From: a virus
Taxonomy: Duplodnaviria; Caudoviricetes
Direction: 5' to 3' (one strand)
IMG/VR virus record: IMGVR_UViG_3300032247_000728
Location: 1 to 44,777 of that record
Length of the DNA stretch: 44,777 bases
Positions 15,406-26,000 of the stretch are shown here, piece after piece (position 1 is the first letter of the stretch; every line of letters begins with the position of its first letter). The notes below the pieces were generated by a model. That model made no database searches. It saw only the letters and a list, made by a program, of their open reading frames with translations, and was not told where the DNA came from. The position numbers and the translations under genes are program-made.

Positions 15406-16091
15406 AGTATATTAACAAATGGAAAAAGTTTATGGCTGTTGGATGTTCTCATGGCAATCATGCAGATCCAGTAGCATTACAAAAGGTATTAGACTTTAAA
15501 AAAGAGTTTAAACCGGACCAAGTTATTCATTTAGGAGACTTTACTGATATGTCCGCATTTATGAGTAGTGCAAATGGAAATGGTGAGCCAGTCGCACCAG
15601 ACCTTGACGGAGGAATAGAGTTTTTAAAGCGACTAGAGCCAACTGTTGTTCTTTGTGGTAATCATGAAGCACGATTATGGCGAGATCGTTTAAGTCACAA
15701 TGCACTACGAGTACAAGCAGCAGAGTCCGTGATAGACGAGATTGAAAAGTGCTGTTTTGAGTTAGGTGCAAAACTTATTCAATATGATGGAGTATGGCAG
15801 GTTCATAAACTTGGAAACTTTACGTTCACACACGGAACAATATATAACGAAAACTCTTGTCGAGATATGGCTGAGACATACGGGAACGTAATCTTTGCTC
15901 ATACACATAAGGTTAGCCAGCAATATGGTCGTCGTATTGACAACCCTATTGGAATAAGCGTAGGAACATTAACCCGAAAGGGTGCCATGGAATATGCAAA
16001 TACTCGTCGTTCTACGCTTGCATGGTCCCAGGGACTCGTATATGGTGAATACATTGATAAAGAACTTAAACCAACAATCAAATTCCTATGA
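15402..16091 (+). CDS. Calcineurin-like metallophosphoesterase
   Basis: GCSHG, HLGDFTD, GNHE, THG and AHTH motifs. Confidence 0.9.
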   Translation: MKYINKWKKFMAVGCSHGNHADPVALQKVLDFKKEFKPDQVIHLGDFTDMSAFMSSANGNGEPVAPDLDGGIEFLKRLEPTVVLCGNHEARLWRDRLSHNALRVQAAESVIDEIEKCCFELGAKLIQYDGVWQVHKLGNFTFTHGTIYNENSCRDMAETYGNVIFAHTHKVSQQYGRRIDNPIGISVGTLTRKGAMEYANTRRSTLAWSQGLVYGEYIDKELKPTIKFL

Positions 16092-16327
16092 AATCACAAG
16101 CACAACAACTATTAGAAAAGCTCCACAACATTACTATGAATGGTGGAGAAGAAGTAGAAAAAGGTTACCACGACGTACCATTCTATGCAAAAGAATGGAA
16201 CATGAGCATTCGCCAAGCACGATACAAACTTACAAGTGCTGTACAACATGGACTGGCAACTAAAAAGCAGTTCCGTCTTAATTGTGGCGGATACATGAAA
16301 AGCATAAATCATTATGCCAAAACTTAA
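16088..16327 (+). CDS. Small protein, possible winged HTH
   Basis: 79-aa ORF coupled to both neighbours; YAKEWNMSIRQARYKL. Confidence 0.6.
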   Translation: MKSQAQQLLEKLHNITMNGGEEVEKGYHDVPFYAKEWNMSIRQARYKLTSAVQHGLATKKQFRLNCGGYMKSINHYAKT

Positions 16328-17519
16328 ATACTTGTCTGTATGTAGTGGGATTGAAGCGGCTTCTGTTGCAAAACCAGAAGAATGGGAACCTATTGGTTTC
16401 TCCGAAATTGACCCATTTCCATCAGCAGTATTAAACCACCATTTCCCAAATATAAAAAACTATGGAGACATCACAGAATACAAACAATGGCAACTTTCGG
16501 AAGGTTCCGCCGATTTACTTATCGGAGGAACTCCTTGTCAATCTTTTTCAGTTGCTGGTCTTAGAGGGGGAATTGAAGACCCAAGAGGAAATCTTGCTCT
16601 CACATTTCTCGGATTGGCTGATACAATTAAACCCAAATATATTATATGGGAAAATGTGCCCGGAGTATTATCCTCAAACGGAGGAAGAGACTTCGGTTCC
16701 TTTATCGGGGCATTGGCAAAATTCGGGTATGGGTTCGCTTGGCGGATTCTTGACGCTCAAAACTTCGGAGTCCCACAAAGACGCAGAAGATTGTATTTGT
16801 GTGCTGTCCGAGGTTCTGGAGGATGGAGAACTGCCTCAGAAATACTATTTGAGCGAGAAAGCATGCTTGGGAATACTAAAAAGATCGGAGAGAAGGGGCA
16901 AAACACTACCACCGCTTCTGAAAGCGGCATTACTACAGAATTGCAATTCTTCGACAACCAATCTTTAGGAGAGTATGCCCAAAACAATGTAGCTTCTACT
17001 TGCAAAGCAAGAGACTACAAAGACGCAACAGACTTGGTTGTTAAACCTATTGCATTTAAGGTAAGAGGAGGTGGCAACTACTCAGGAACAAAAGGTGGTG
17101 AAATAAAGCCAAATGAAACTGGTGGAACTGGTTATCTTGGCTGTGAAGATAAGACATTTACCATAGCTTCTGTTCAGGATCAATATGTAGCAATACCATT
17201 TAGAAAGTCCAAGCGAGCACAGTCAGAAACAGATTATGAGTCTTGGATAAATGCAAACGAAAGCAATACATTGAACGTGTTTGACCAGGGAGAGACAAGA
17301 ACAACACACGCTATTGTAGAATCACAATTTAATGTTAGAAGATTAACACCAAAGGAAACAGAAAGACTTCAAGGATTTCCAGACAATTGGACGCAAATAC
17401 CATGGCGATCTAAACCAGCAGAATTCTGTCCAGATAGTTTGCGTTTTAAGGCAGTAGGAAACTCTATGGCTGTTCCAGTTGTCAGATGGATCTTTAACCG
17501 AATTAACCAAAAATTATGA
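16314..17519 (+). CDS. C5 cytosine DNA methyltransferase
   Basis: SVCSGIEA (I), GGTPCQSFS (IV), WENV (VI), QRRRR (VIII), RRLTPKETERLQGFP (IX), GNS (X). Confidence 0.95.
   Translation: MPKLKYLSVCSGIEAASVAKPEEWEPIGFSEIDPFPSAVLNHHFPNIKNYGDITEYKQWQLSEGSADLLIGGTPCQSFSVAGLRGGIEDPRGNLALTFLGLADTIKPKYIIWENVPGVLSSNGGRDFGSFIGALAKFGYGFAWRILDAQNFGVPQRRRRLYLCAVRGSGGWRTASEILFERESMLGNTKKIGEKGQNTTTASESGITTELQFFDNQSLGEYAQNNVASTCKARDYKDATDLVVKPIAFKVRGGGNYSGTKGGEIKPNETGGTGYLGCEDKTFTIASVQDQYVAIPFRKSKRAQSETDYESWINANESNTLNVFDQGETRTTHAIVESQFNVRRLTPKETERLQGFPDNWTQIPWRSKPAEFCPDSLRFKAVGNSMAVPVVRWIFNRINQKL
16462..16968 (+). CDS. Overprinted alternative-frame ORF resembling the M.EcoHK31I beta polypeptide
   Basis: 168 codons open in another frame inside the methyltransferase; LSEVLE...KYYLSEKACLGILKRSERRGKTLP. 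Confidence 0.7.
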   Translation: METSQNTNNGNFRKVPPIYLSEELLVNLFQLLVLEGELKTQEEILLSHFSDWLIQLNPNILYGKMCPEYYPQTEEETSVPLSGHWQNSGMGSLGGFLTLKTSESHKDAEDCICVLSEVLEDGELPQKYYLSEKACLGILKRSERRGKTLPPLLKAALLQNCNSSTTNL

Positions 17520-17728
17520 TTTATGAATTCCGCAATCCGATGCCTGTTAATACTCCTCTTGGTGGGGGTATGCTTATATATGTCCGTGATGGTGGTGCTT
17601 TCTGTAACGACACTTTCGCAGTCGTACTTATTAGCAATGGTGAACTACGTCATTTCGACAGTACACAGTTTACTTTTTTAGAAAACCCAACACATAATAT
17701 TAAAAATGAAAAAAATTACTGGAAATGA
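17516..17728 (+). CDS. Hypothetical phage protein
   Basis: 70-aa ORF with ATGA overlap. Confidence 0.7.
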   Translation: MIYEFRNPMPVNTPLGGGMLIYVRDGGAFCNDTFAVVLISNGELRHFDSTQFTFLENPTHNIKNEKNYWK

Positions 17729-18023
17729 TTTTGGCTGGACCGGTGCTTTACTTGAAATTGAAAAACTTAAAGAACAAGTAGAACAACTTCAAAATGAAAA
17801 TCAGGCACTAAAGTACGAGTACTGCATAACAAAAGAACGTTATGGAAAGACCAAAGGCATAGTTTACGAGTGCTGGAAGCAGGGTATGACATGCCCAGAA
17901 ATAGTCAAAAAATACAAAATTGGTCGAGGTTCAATTCGTAGTGCTTGTAAGTCTCTTGGTATTAAACTCAAGACTACTTACGAGAAATTAGAAGAAAATC
18001 GTCTTAGTAACCTGCGTTACTAG
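17706..18023 (+). CDS. Coiled-coil plus HTH protein
   Basis: GMTCPEIVKKYKIGRGSIRSA HTH-like segment. Confidence 0.65.
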   Translation: MKKITGNDFGWTGALLEIEKLKEQVEQLQNENQALKYEYCITKERYGKTKGIVYECWKQGMTCPEIVKKYKIGRGSIRSACKSLGIKLKTTYEKLEENRLSNLRY

Positions 18024-18116
18024 TAATTACTAAGACTATCTAAGTTGACCCCAACTGGACACGACATGAGCACAACGAACCATAAACGCATCAACTTAGA
18101 ATAAAGTATTTATAGA

Positions 18117-18515
18117 TTACTCTTTGTTTTTGTCCAGTAAATAGTCCTGTGTCTTGCGATAGACTACGTATAATATATCTAAAAGTAGTAAAACAAGGAA
18201 TGTTCCAATTACCCAATTAAACCAAGAAGTATGCACAATTAGGTTGATTTGGCTGATTCCTATTCCAATCCCAATTGTTGATATTGAGGTCAACTTAGAA
18301 ATTCCCAAATAACCACCAACAAGAAGTGAAATTACCCCGGTTGCTACAACACCAGCAGATACCCACTCCCAGAACGCTATATTGTTTGCAACAATTTGTT
18401 GTTCAATATTATCTACTGAACATGAATCAAGCTCATCAAATGCTGGAACATCAGGCGTAACAGATACACAAGAGCATAATAATCCAATTGTAATAATTAA
18501 AAATAAGTATTTCAT
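18117..18515 (-). CDS. Lipoprotein with C-terminal transmembrane helices, candidate spanin-like protein
   Basis: Signal peptide with lipobox-like LLCSC; about three hydrophobic segments; last gene of the lysis cluster. Confidence 0.55.
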   Translation of the reverse strand: MKYLFLIITIGLLCSCVSVTPDVPAFDELDSCSVDNIEQQIVANNIAFWEWVSAGVVATGVISLLVGGYLGISKLTSISTIGIGIGISQINLIVHTSWFNWVIGTFLVLLLLDILYVVYRKTQDYLLDKNKE

Positions 18516-19720
18516 GAGATTTTATTTGCCTTAGCTTTTGCTGCAGCTTCTGCTTTTGCCTTTGCTTCTGCTTTGGCTTTTTCATCGGCAATACGCTTTT
18601 CTTCAATAGCCCAACCTTTCTCATCTTCATAATATGCATTTAGGTATTCTCTGCCATTTTCCCTGTTCCATCCTTTTTTGCTACCAAGACCCTTATTATG
18701 CGATACCAGAATGTCTTCTTTTTCCATTGGTTTACCAAACATTGCTTGGAATCTTCTTCCATTGTCATTTGAAATTAAATAATAAGCCATAGTATTTATT
18801 TCCTTATCTTTTAAATCTTCTAATGTTAAATTAGTTTTCCACTCTGTATTAAGAAAATCAAGATTAGTCTCATTTATTTGTAACCATCCAACATCTTTTG
18901 TTTTATTTTTATTTCTAACATTAACTGCGTCTGGTTTATTTCTTGATTCGTGCCAAGCAAGTTGGTTAACAAACTTATCTTGACCATATTTGGGTACAAC
19001 AATTGGAACATTTTTTTCTTCTCTAAGAGATTTTTTAGGTGGAGGTGTAGGTGTGGCAGTTTGTGCAATTGGTGCAAGCAAACTCATTTCGGGTTCTTTA
19101 TTTTCGCTATTTTGTGAATCAATAGTTGCACCATTACTTTCATTTAACATGTTCCAAACTTCCATATTCCTCCACATTGGGTTAAAATTTGGTGTGGTCA
19201 AACCCTTTTCAATTTTAGATGTATCGACTTTACCATCCCAAGTGTAAACTGGTCCATCTCCCCCATTAAAACGCAGCCAATTTGCAATTTGTTCATCGGT
19301 TGCTGGTTCGTAAAGTTCTCCGCTATGGTCGCCAAATTCATCTCTGTATATATGACGACGCATTATTTGATTGGTAGTTGGGTATTCTTTTTTCATCGTA
19401 TCTCTATGCCATTTTGCTAATCTTTTAGTTTCTGCATCCCAGTTTTCCAATGCGTAATCATTAAAAGGGTTATATGAATATAAATCAGTATTTTTTATTA
19501 ACCCTCTTGATTTAGGATTCAACTGCTTTAATAATTCTTCAGCGTTTTTGTCGTTTTGTGCATCAATAGTTGCCTTATTAATTGGGTCACCAAATGCACC
19601 ATACGGATTCCACCATTGATATTCAGGTTTATCTGCCATTGGATTGTCCTCCAGTAAATAAATCATTCCAGCCAGCCAGAGCGTCAGCCCAGCCAGTATT
19701 AGGGTCAGTTTGTGGTGCAT
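18512..19720 (-). CDS. Lytic transglycosylase (SLT/lysozyme-like) domain protein with N-terminal hydrophobic segment
   Basis: AWHES catalytic Glu motif, DVGWLQIN and SHNKG; N-terminal LTLILAGLTLWLAGMIYLL. Confidence 0.8.
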   Translation of the reverse strand: MHHKLTLILAGLTLWLAGMIYLLEDNPMADKPEYQWWNPYGAFGDPINKATIDAQNDKNAEELLKQLNPKSRGLIKNTDLYSYNPFNDYALENWDAETKRLAKWHRDTMKKEYPTTNQIMRRHIYRDEFGDHSGELYEPATDEQIANWLRFNGGDGPVYTWDGKVDTSKIEKGLTTPNFNPMWRNMEVWNMLNESNGATIDSQNSENKEPEMSLLAPIAQTATPTPPPKKSLREEKNVPIVVPKYGQDKFVNQLAWHESRNKPDAVNVRNKNKTKDVGWLQINETNLDFLNTEWKTNLTLEDLKDKEINTMAYYLISNDNGRRFQAMFGKPMEKEDILVSHNKGLGSKKGWNRENGREYLNAYYEDEKGWAIEEKRIADEKAKAEAKAKAEAAAKAKANKIS

Positions 19721-19723
19721 TGT

Positions 19724-20029
19724 TCATAGTTTTATGATTTTTGCTAAAATTTTTTTTCTTAATATTTCAAATAACTCTGGTGCAATAGCTCCAGACATTG
19801 AATAGAACATGCTCTTATATATTAAGTTAATTTCAAGTCCATATAACGCAAAATAACATATTACACCAACAATTGCCCCGGCAAGAATTTTTCTAAACCA
19901 TACAAAAAACGCATATTTTTCGTTTGTAAGTATAAGTCTTGCAAACATACCCATACCGCCAAGAATTGCAATAATCCAACCGCCTTTCTTGAAATCTTCA
20001 ATAAGTAAGGACATGTCATTATTTTCCAT
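19724..20029 (-). CDS. Putative holin
   Basis: 101 aa, three hydrophobic segments, basic C-terminus, next to the transglycosylase. Confidence 0.7.
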   Translation of the reverse strand: MENNDMSLLIEDFKKGGWIIAILGGMGMFARLILTNEKYAFFVWFRKILAGAIVGVICYFALYGLEINLIYKSMFYSMSGAIAPELFEILRKKILAKIIKL

Positions 20030-23000
20030 TTCTTGGTAGTTTCTGAGGAACCCTTCTTTCCTTCGGCTCTGTTATAGCATTTTTAATAACTGCACCTTGT
20101 TTAATAAGTTCATCTTCTTTATCTTTTTCATCCTTAGCAGCCAAATCTTGTGCTTCAGACATAGACTTTGCATATCCAATTAAATGACCTCTTGGTGTAT
20201 ATACTACAAATGTAGAGTTTCCAGCAGACTCACCAGTAAGATGTTTTCTAACGTCAACAGCATCATTCACACTTGATCTTAATTTACTTGCATCTACTTT
20301 TCCTTTTCTTACAACCTTTGTAATGCCAATGGCAATTTCCCTTGCTGCAAGCAATTCTGGATTATGTTTAATTAAGTCAAATCTTGGAATTGTTACTTCA
20401 TGACCAATAAATCTTGGTTTCTTTGTATACATTAACTGCTGTATAATATGACCTCCAGCGGAAACCCAAATGTTTGTATTAGCAGACTCTGTAACACCAT
20501 ATATCTCACCTCTAAGTTCTGAAAGTCTTCTTGCAATTGCTTCTCCGCTATCTACTTTAATTGGAAGAGGAGTATTTTTTACCTTTTCAGCATATTTGCT
20601 TTGTAATGTTTTAAGGTTCTTTGTCCATTCTAAAAGATCATTTAAACTCTCTCGTGCATGTGCTTCTGTATTATCACCAAATGTATTGGTATGTAATTCA
20701 CTTGCTAATGCTTGTGCATATTGATTACTTGCATAATTAAATGCCTCAACAGTTTCATAGTCTTCTGGCTTTGGCTTTTGTAATTTTGGAAGTTTTCCTT
20801 CCGGTTTTCCAATGTTTTGATCATCAATAACTTGTTGGGCAGCTCTTGCTTCTGCCTCATCTTTGTTAATATCTTTATAAATCTCTTCATGCATCTTTTG
20901 CAGGTCCCAATGATGTTTTCCAACAAAGTCTTCAATCCATGAAATTGTTGCATTTCCGTGTGTTCCACTTGCAACATCTGGCTTTACTTCATCAAAGTCC
21001 TTTTCAATGACATCATCTCCAAGCTCTTTTCTCATTAATCCAATAACATCATTTGCATATTTGTGACCAACAGAGAGAGCCAACTTTCTTTTGAAGTCAT
21101 AGTAAACAGGGTTATTTCTTGCAAAAAGGGTCTTTACGGGCTTTTTTCCTGAACTTACGAGTGTCCAGTCGGCTAAACCCTTTCCGTCGATTAGCTCCTG
21201 GGTAATACCTTCAATTCTGCTTCTTTCAATTGCATAATTTAATTTATTACCTTCTTCAACATTTAGAACCGCTGCAACAAGGTTATTAACATTTACCTTA
21301 TTGGTTGGATCATAATCAATCTTGATATTATCCTCAACAACAGCACCAGTTGCTCTGTGAACAAGGTTCCAAGAACCAGATGTCTTTCCTCCGCCAACTC
21401 TTATTAGTGCATATTTTCCATCTGCAGTTACAAATGTATTTCTTACACCAGTAGTTGTTTCCGTTCCAAGTGGATAAAAACCATAATCATCAAGTGCTTT
21501 TTCAATGATGTTAGAGTTTTTACCTCTTAGTGCATTTTCATTTGCATATTTTTCTGCAAACGCTGTTCCTTCTTCAAATGACTTGATTTTTGAAGAAAAT
21601 GTGTGAGAAATTAAATTACCTTGATTGTCATAAACCATGTATATGTCTTTATTTACATCTTTTCCTCCTTCTCTAACGGTTCTAATTGCTTTAACAACTT
21701 GCATTCCAGTAGGTCCATGTGTCAACCCTCCACTAACAGTAAGATTAACATTTCCCTTTCTTTCAAAACCTTGAATGGTTTGTTCCATTGCTGATATTTG
21801 AGGGAAGTTTGAATTATTTAAGGAAGTTGGACTCCATGGGCTTTGACCAGAATAGTTAATGTCTCCAAGACCCCATGTATATGCAGTCCATGGTGTTTTT
21901 GATCTTCCTTGACCATCTGCATATGGAACTACCTTACTCATAATTCTGTCTGTTCTAACTCTTGTAAACATCATATTTGATGACCACATAGGTGCAGCAC
22001 CAATTTTATTTGGACTAATTTGCAATTCTGCAAGTGCTCTATCTCCGTTAATTAACTTAAAGTCTTTATCTCTAAGCTCATCAAGTCTTTCTGCTTCTTT
22101 AGTTGTTAATGGAACTCCAGATTCCTTTTTATCAAGTAATGCTGTATATTCAAAGAAGTTCTTAGATGGAAATCCAATAGTTCTGTTAATAATATCAGCC
22201 ATATGCATGGCAACACGAGGATTGCCACCTGCCTTTGGAAGAAGAATTTCCCAAGAGCGTGGAGGAAGTTCGTGCTTTTTACTTGAAGATACTGGAGAAC
22301 CAGAAGTAGAATAGTTCATTAAAACCATATCTACGCACTCAGCAAAGTTCTTTTCTGAACCAAATACATTTCCAATTTTTTCTGAATTCCAATATTTCTT
22401 GCCATTCTTGTCAACAAGAAGACCTTTCGTGGCTGCTCTAATTCTGCCAATTCTTTGTTCTTCATCTAACATCCACATATACATTGATGCTTGCTTTTCT
22501 GGCAACTTTGAGCCATCCCATGCAGTTTGATTTTCCTCAATATATGGCATAATTGGAGTCATAACTCTAAGTCTTTCTTTTGTCACTTTTTGTTGCTTTG
22601 TTGAAGTTGGACTTAATTGTTCCTCATCTCCTTGATATAAAAATGCAAACATTTGCGTAAATCCTGGGTTTGCAGCTTCTGGATCAAAATGATTATTGTC
22701 TGCAATAGCAGTTAAGAATTTTGTAATTGCTTCAACTTCATCCATACTTCCTGCTTCTAATGTATTTGTTCTTTCATTTAAGAAATCAATAACTTTTCTA
22801 AGTTGTCTTTTGTTTGGAGTTCCAATTACAACTTTAGAGTCTTTGCCTAAAAGTGCAGAATCAAGTTTCATACCAAAATAGTTGTCTGGTGTAACACCAT
22901 CAAGACCATCTGGATTTCCATCAATGATTCTTCCAAATAATTCATTTATAGGTCCTCTATCTTTGAAAATTAAATCAGCAATTGGACCCTTAAAATTACC

Positions 23001-26000
23001 AGTCCATTTTCCATCTTTACCAATTTCAAGCCAATGTCTTCTTCCGGTTGCATATGCCCATGCTATTCTTCCATTCATTGAACCTGCATCAGACTTATCA
23101 ATATTATTAAAAACTGATACATAGTCTTGAATTGCATCAACATTTGGTTTATTTACAACATTTCTTGTAACATTAATCATTGAATCAATAATTGCTTTAA
23201 ATCTTGGATCAATGTCTACCATTTTACCTGTTTGAAAATCATACATTTGTGCAGTATTCCAGAATCTTTGTGGGTCTGTTGAAAGATTTCCGCGAGGCAT
23301 TAATCCCATGTCATACAATCTTCTTTGTCTATCTGCCTTAAACATTAAATCAAATACACCACCAACACCAAATGTCTTTGTCAGGTTATAATAACCTGCT
23401 ATTGAGTCTCCAATTGTTGCCTGTTGTCCCGGTGAAAGTCTATTTAATTCTGCAAGATTTGTTTGAATTTCTACACCAGTTTTGTGTCTAATCCATTCAT
23501 TAAGAGTCAATGAACCAAACACAAATTTGCTAAATATTTCGGCTCTTCCTTTCCCGGCTTGAATTGGGCTCATTTCAACGCTTCCTCTAAATGAACTACC
23601 AAACTGTTCTGTTCTTCCTTGGTGTGGATCAAGTTCCTGCATTCTTCCTTTGTATATTGCAGCAACAATTTCCATTATAACAGGTTGTAAGTGTCTAAAG
23701 TCAGAACGATTTGCATCAAATATTTTTTTGCCAATTTCATATCTTGCTTTATATAAACTTGCTTCATGTGGGTCCATGTTTTTTGTGTAAGCATCCACAA
23801 ATGAATCAATATCTTCAATGCTAACTAATGGCTCTTGAGTCATTATATATTCATTATTTTCATTTAATTTCCAGTCTCCAAACAATGCCTTATTAATTTC
23901 TGGCATTACTTGCTTCATTGATTCAGAGTAAAATAATGCGTGATTTAATTCTTCAAATGCATTTCCAATGTCATAATTACTGCTAATAATTACTTTTGAC
24001 TCTCCGTTGCTTTCAATAATATGAACACCACCACCCCACGATTGAACAGATTCTCCAGTTGCGGTATTAACTGCAGCTTCTCCATCTCTAAATGGATGAA
24101 TTTTACCTTTAGATGTTAAATCATTTTTTTCACTTTCAAGTAATAGTAATTGTTGTGTTATTCCATCAATAACTTTATTTCTTGAAATTCTAGCAGCTCT
24201 AATGTCTTGATATTTCTTTGTAAGAATGTCTACCTTTTTAATGGTCATTTCATTATTTGTCATTGTTGCTATTGGCTTACCATTATACATGACATTTCCA
24301 TTTTCATCTACAGAAAGATTTTCTGCCTTGAGCCCGGCACCTTCAAGTTGACTTCTTACTGCTTGTTCGTATTGGTGTAAATCTCTATTCGTTTCATCCA
24401 ATAAAAGATTTTTCTTTGCACTCAATAATTCTGCTTCTTCAGAAATCTTTCCTAATCTAATTCCTGAATTAATTGATTCATTTGAACCATCAACTAATCT
24501 TTCAGCATAGTTTTTTGCCTCTTCTCCAGTTATTCCTTTTTCATCTGCTTCCTTTAAAAATGCAGTTCTAAGTTCAGACTGAATTTGTGGGTCAAGATGT
24601 TGTGTAGATTTGATTATATGCATTAATCCACTTGCTACACCATCATCTCTTATTTCAACATTTGTTGTTTTAAGCAAATATAGCAAAGATGATACAGATC
24701 TAGCAAAATATTGGTCGCCAACTTCAGGAAGTCTAGATGCACCCAATTCATCTGCTTTTTTTCTTTCTTTTACAAGCATTTGAAGTATGTTTTTTTGTTG
24801 AACTTCATCCACTTGAATTAATCTTGAGTGAATTTCATAAAGGTCACGATTTGTTCTTTCTTGCATTATTGATCTTCTTGATATTCCACCTAGTACATTT
24901 TCTGCACTAGCATTTAAACCATGAAAGAAAAATGAACCGCCAAGACCAGTACCAGATTGAGATGTTCCAAGCAATCCAATTGCTTCATTAATTGATCCAC
25001 TTATAAATGTATTTGAACCAAATTTTCCAACTGTTAATAAGCCAGCAGCACCTACAGAGTGTAAATACTTTGACCATTTCATTTTTTCATTTAACTTTCT
25101 TGATTCTTCTGCTATTCTTGAAAGTTCTGCATCTGCATTAACATATGCACCCTTTGTTCTTAAGTCTGCTTCATTAAGATTTAATTTTTCATAAGGAAGA
25201 CCAGCAGCTTTTAATCTTTCTACTTCCTGAATTTTTGCCTCAACTCCAACAATATCTGCTCTTTCTTTTGCAAGTTGTCTTAATTGTTTATTATAATCAT
25301 GGTACATTCCAAGAAATGTACTTCCATACATGCTTATTCTTCCATCTGCATTAACGAAATCAGATGTATATTCGGCAATATCTACTCCAGATGCAACCGT
25401 TCTAAGAATACCTGGAAGTATTTTTGCATACCACAATGTTTTTGAACTTCCATTTTGAGATGCTTCAGATGCAAGACTTGTAATATATGTATTATTTTTA
25501 TCTTTTAATGCAGAACCAGCAGTTGCTAAACTTTCTCCATTTGGAAGATTTTCACTAATATTTCTATCGTATTTATCAGCCAATCCTCTTAATCCCTTTG
25601 ATGCCCAATTAAGCCCTTTTGAAACTGGACGACCAATTCCATATGTTAATTCAATTGGAAGAGTATTTGCTCTTTTAAAACCAGCAATATCAGTTGTGTC
25701 AATTTTTTGCCAAGCAATTCCAACTTCCTTTTTAGCATTTTCAACTCTTTTAGCCCATGCTGAAACATCAGATGTTATAGGAACTTTTGAATTTTTTGGT
25801 AAAAAACTAACATCAGAATAAGGAACTTTACCATCTTTAACTCTTTGATATATATTATAATCAGGAACATTATCCCAGTTAACTTTTGGGTCTGACTTTT
25901 TTAACATTTCACGAGCAAGATTTAATGTTTCAATTGTATTGGCAGAATAATTAAACTCTCCAGATCTTGATTTTCTTACAAGATTATATGTTTTTCTTCT

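Noticed and set aside
19724-20029. Lambda S-type dual-start holin/antiholin (M1 and M6)
   Set aside because: The residues between the two Met codons are acidic or neutral, with no Lys or Arg
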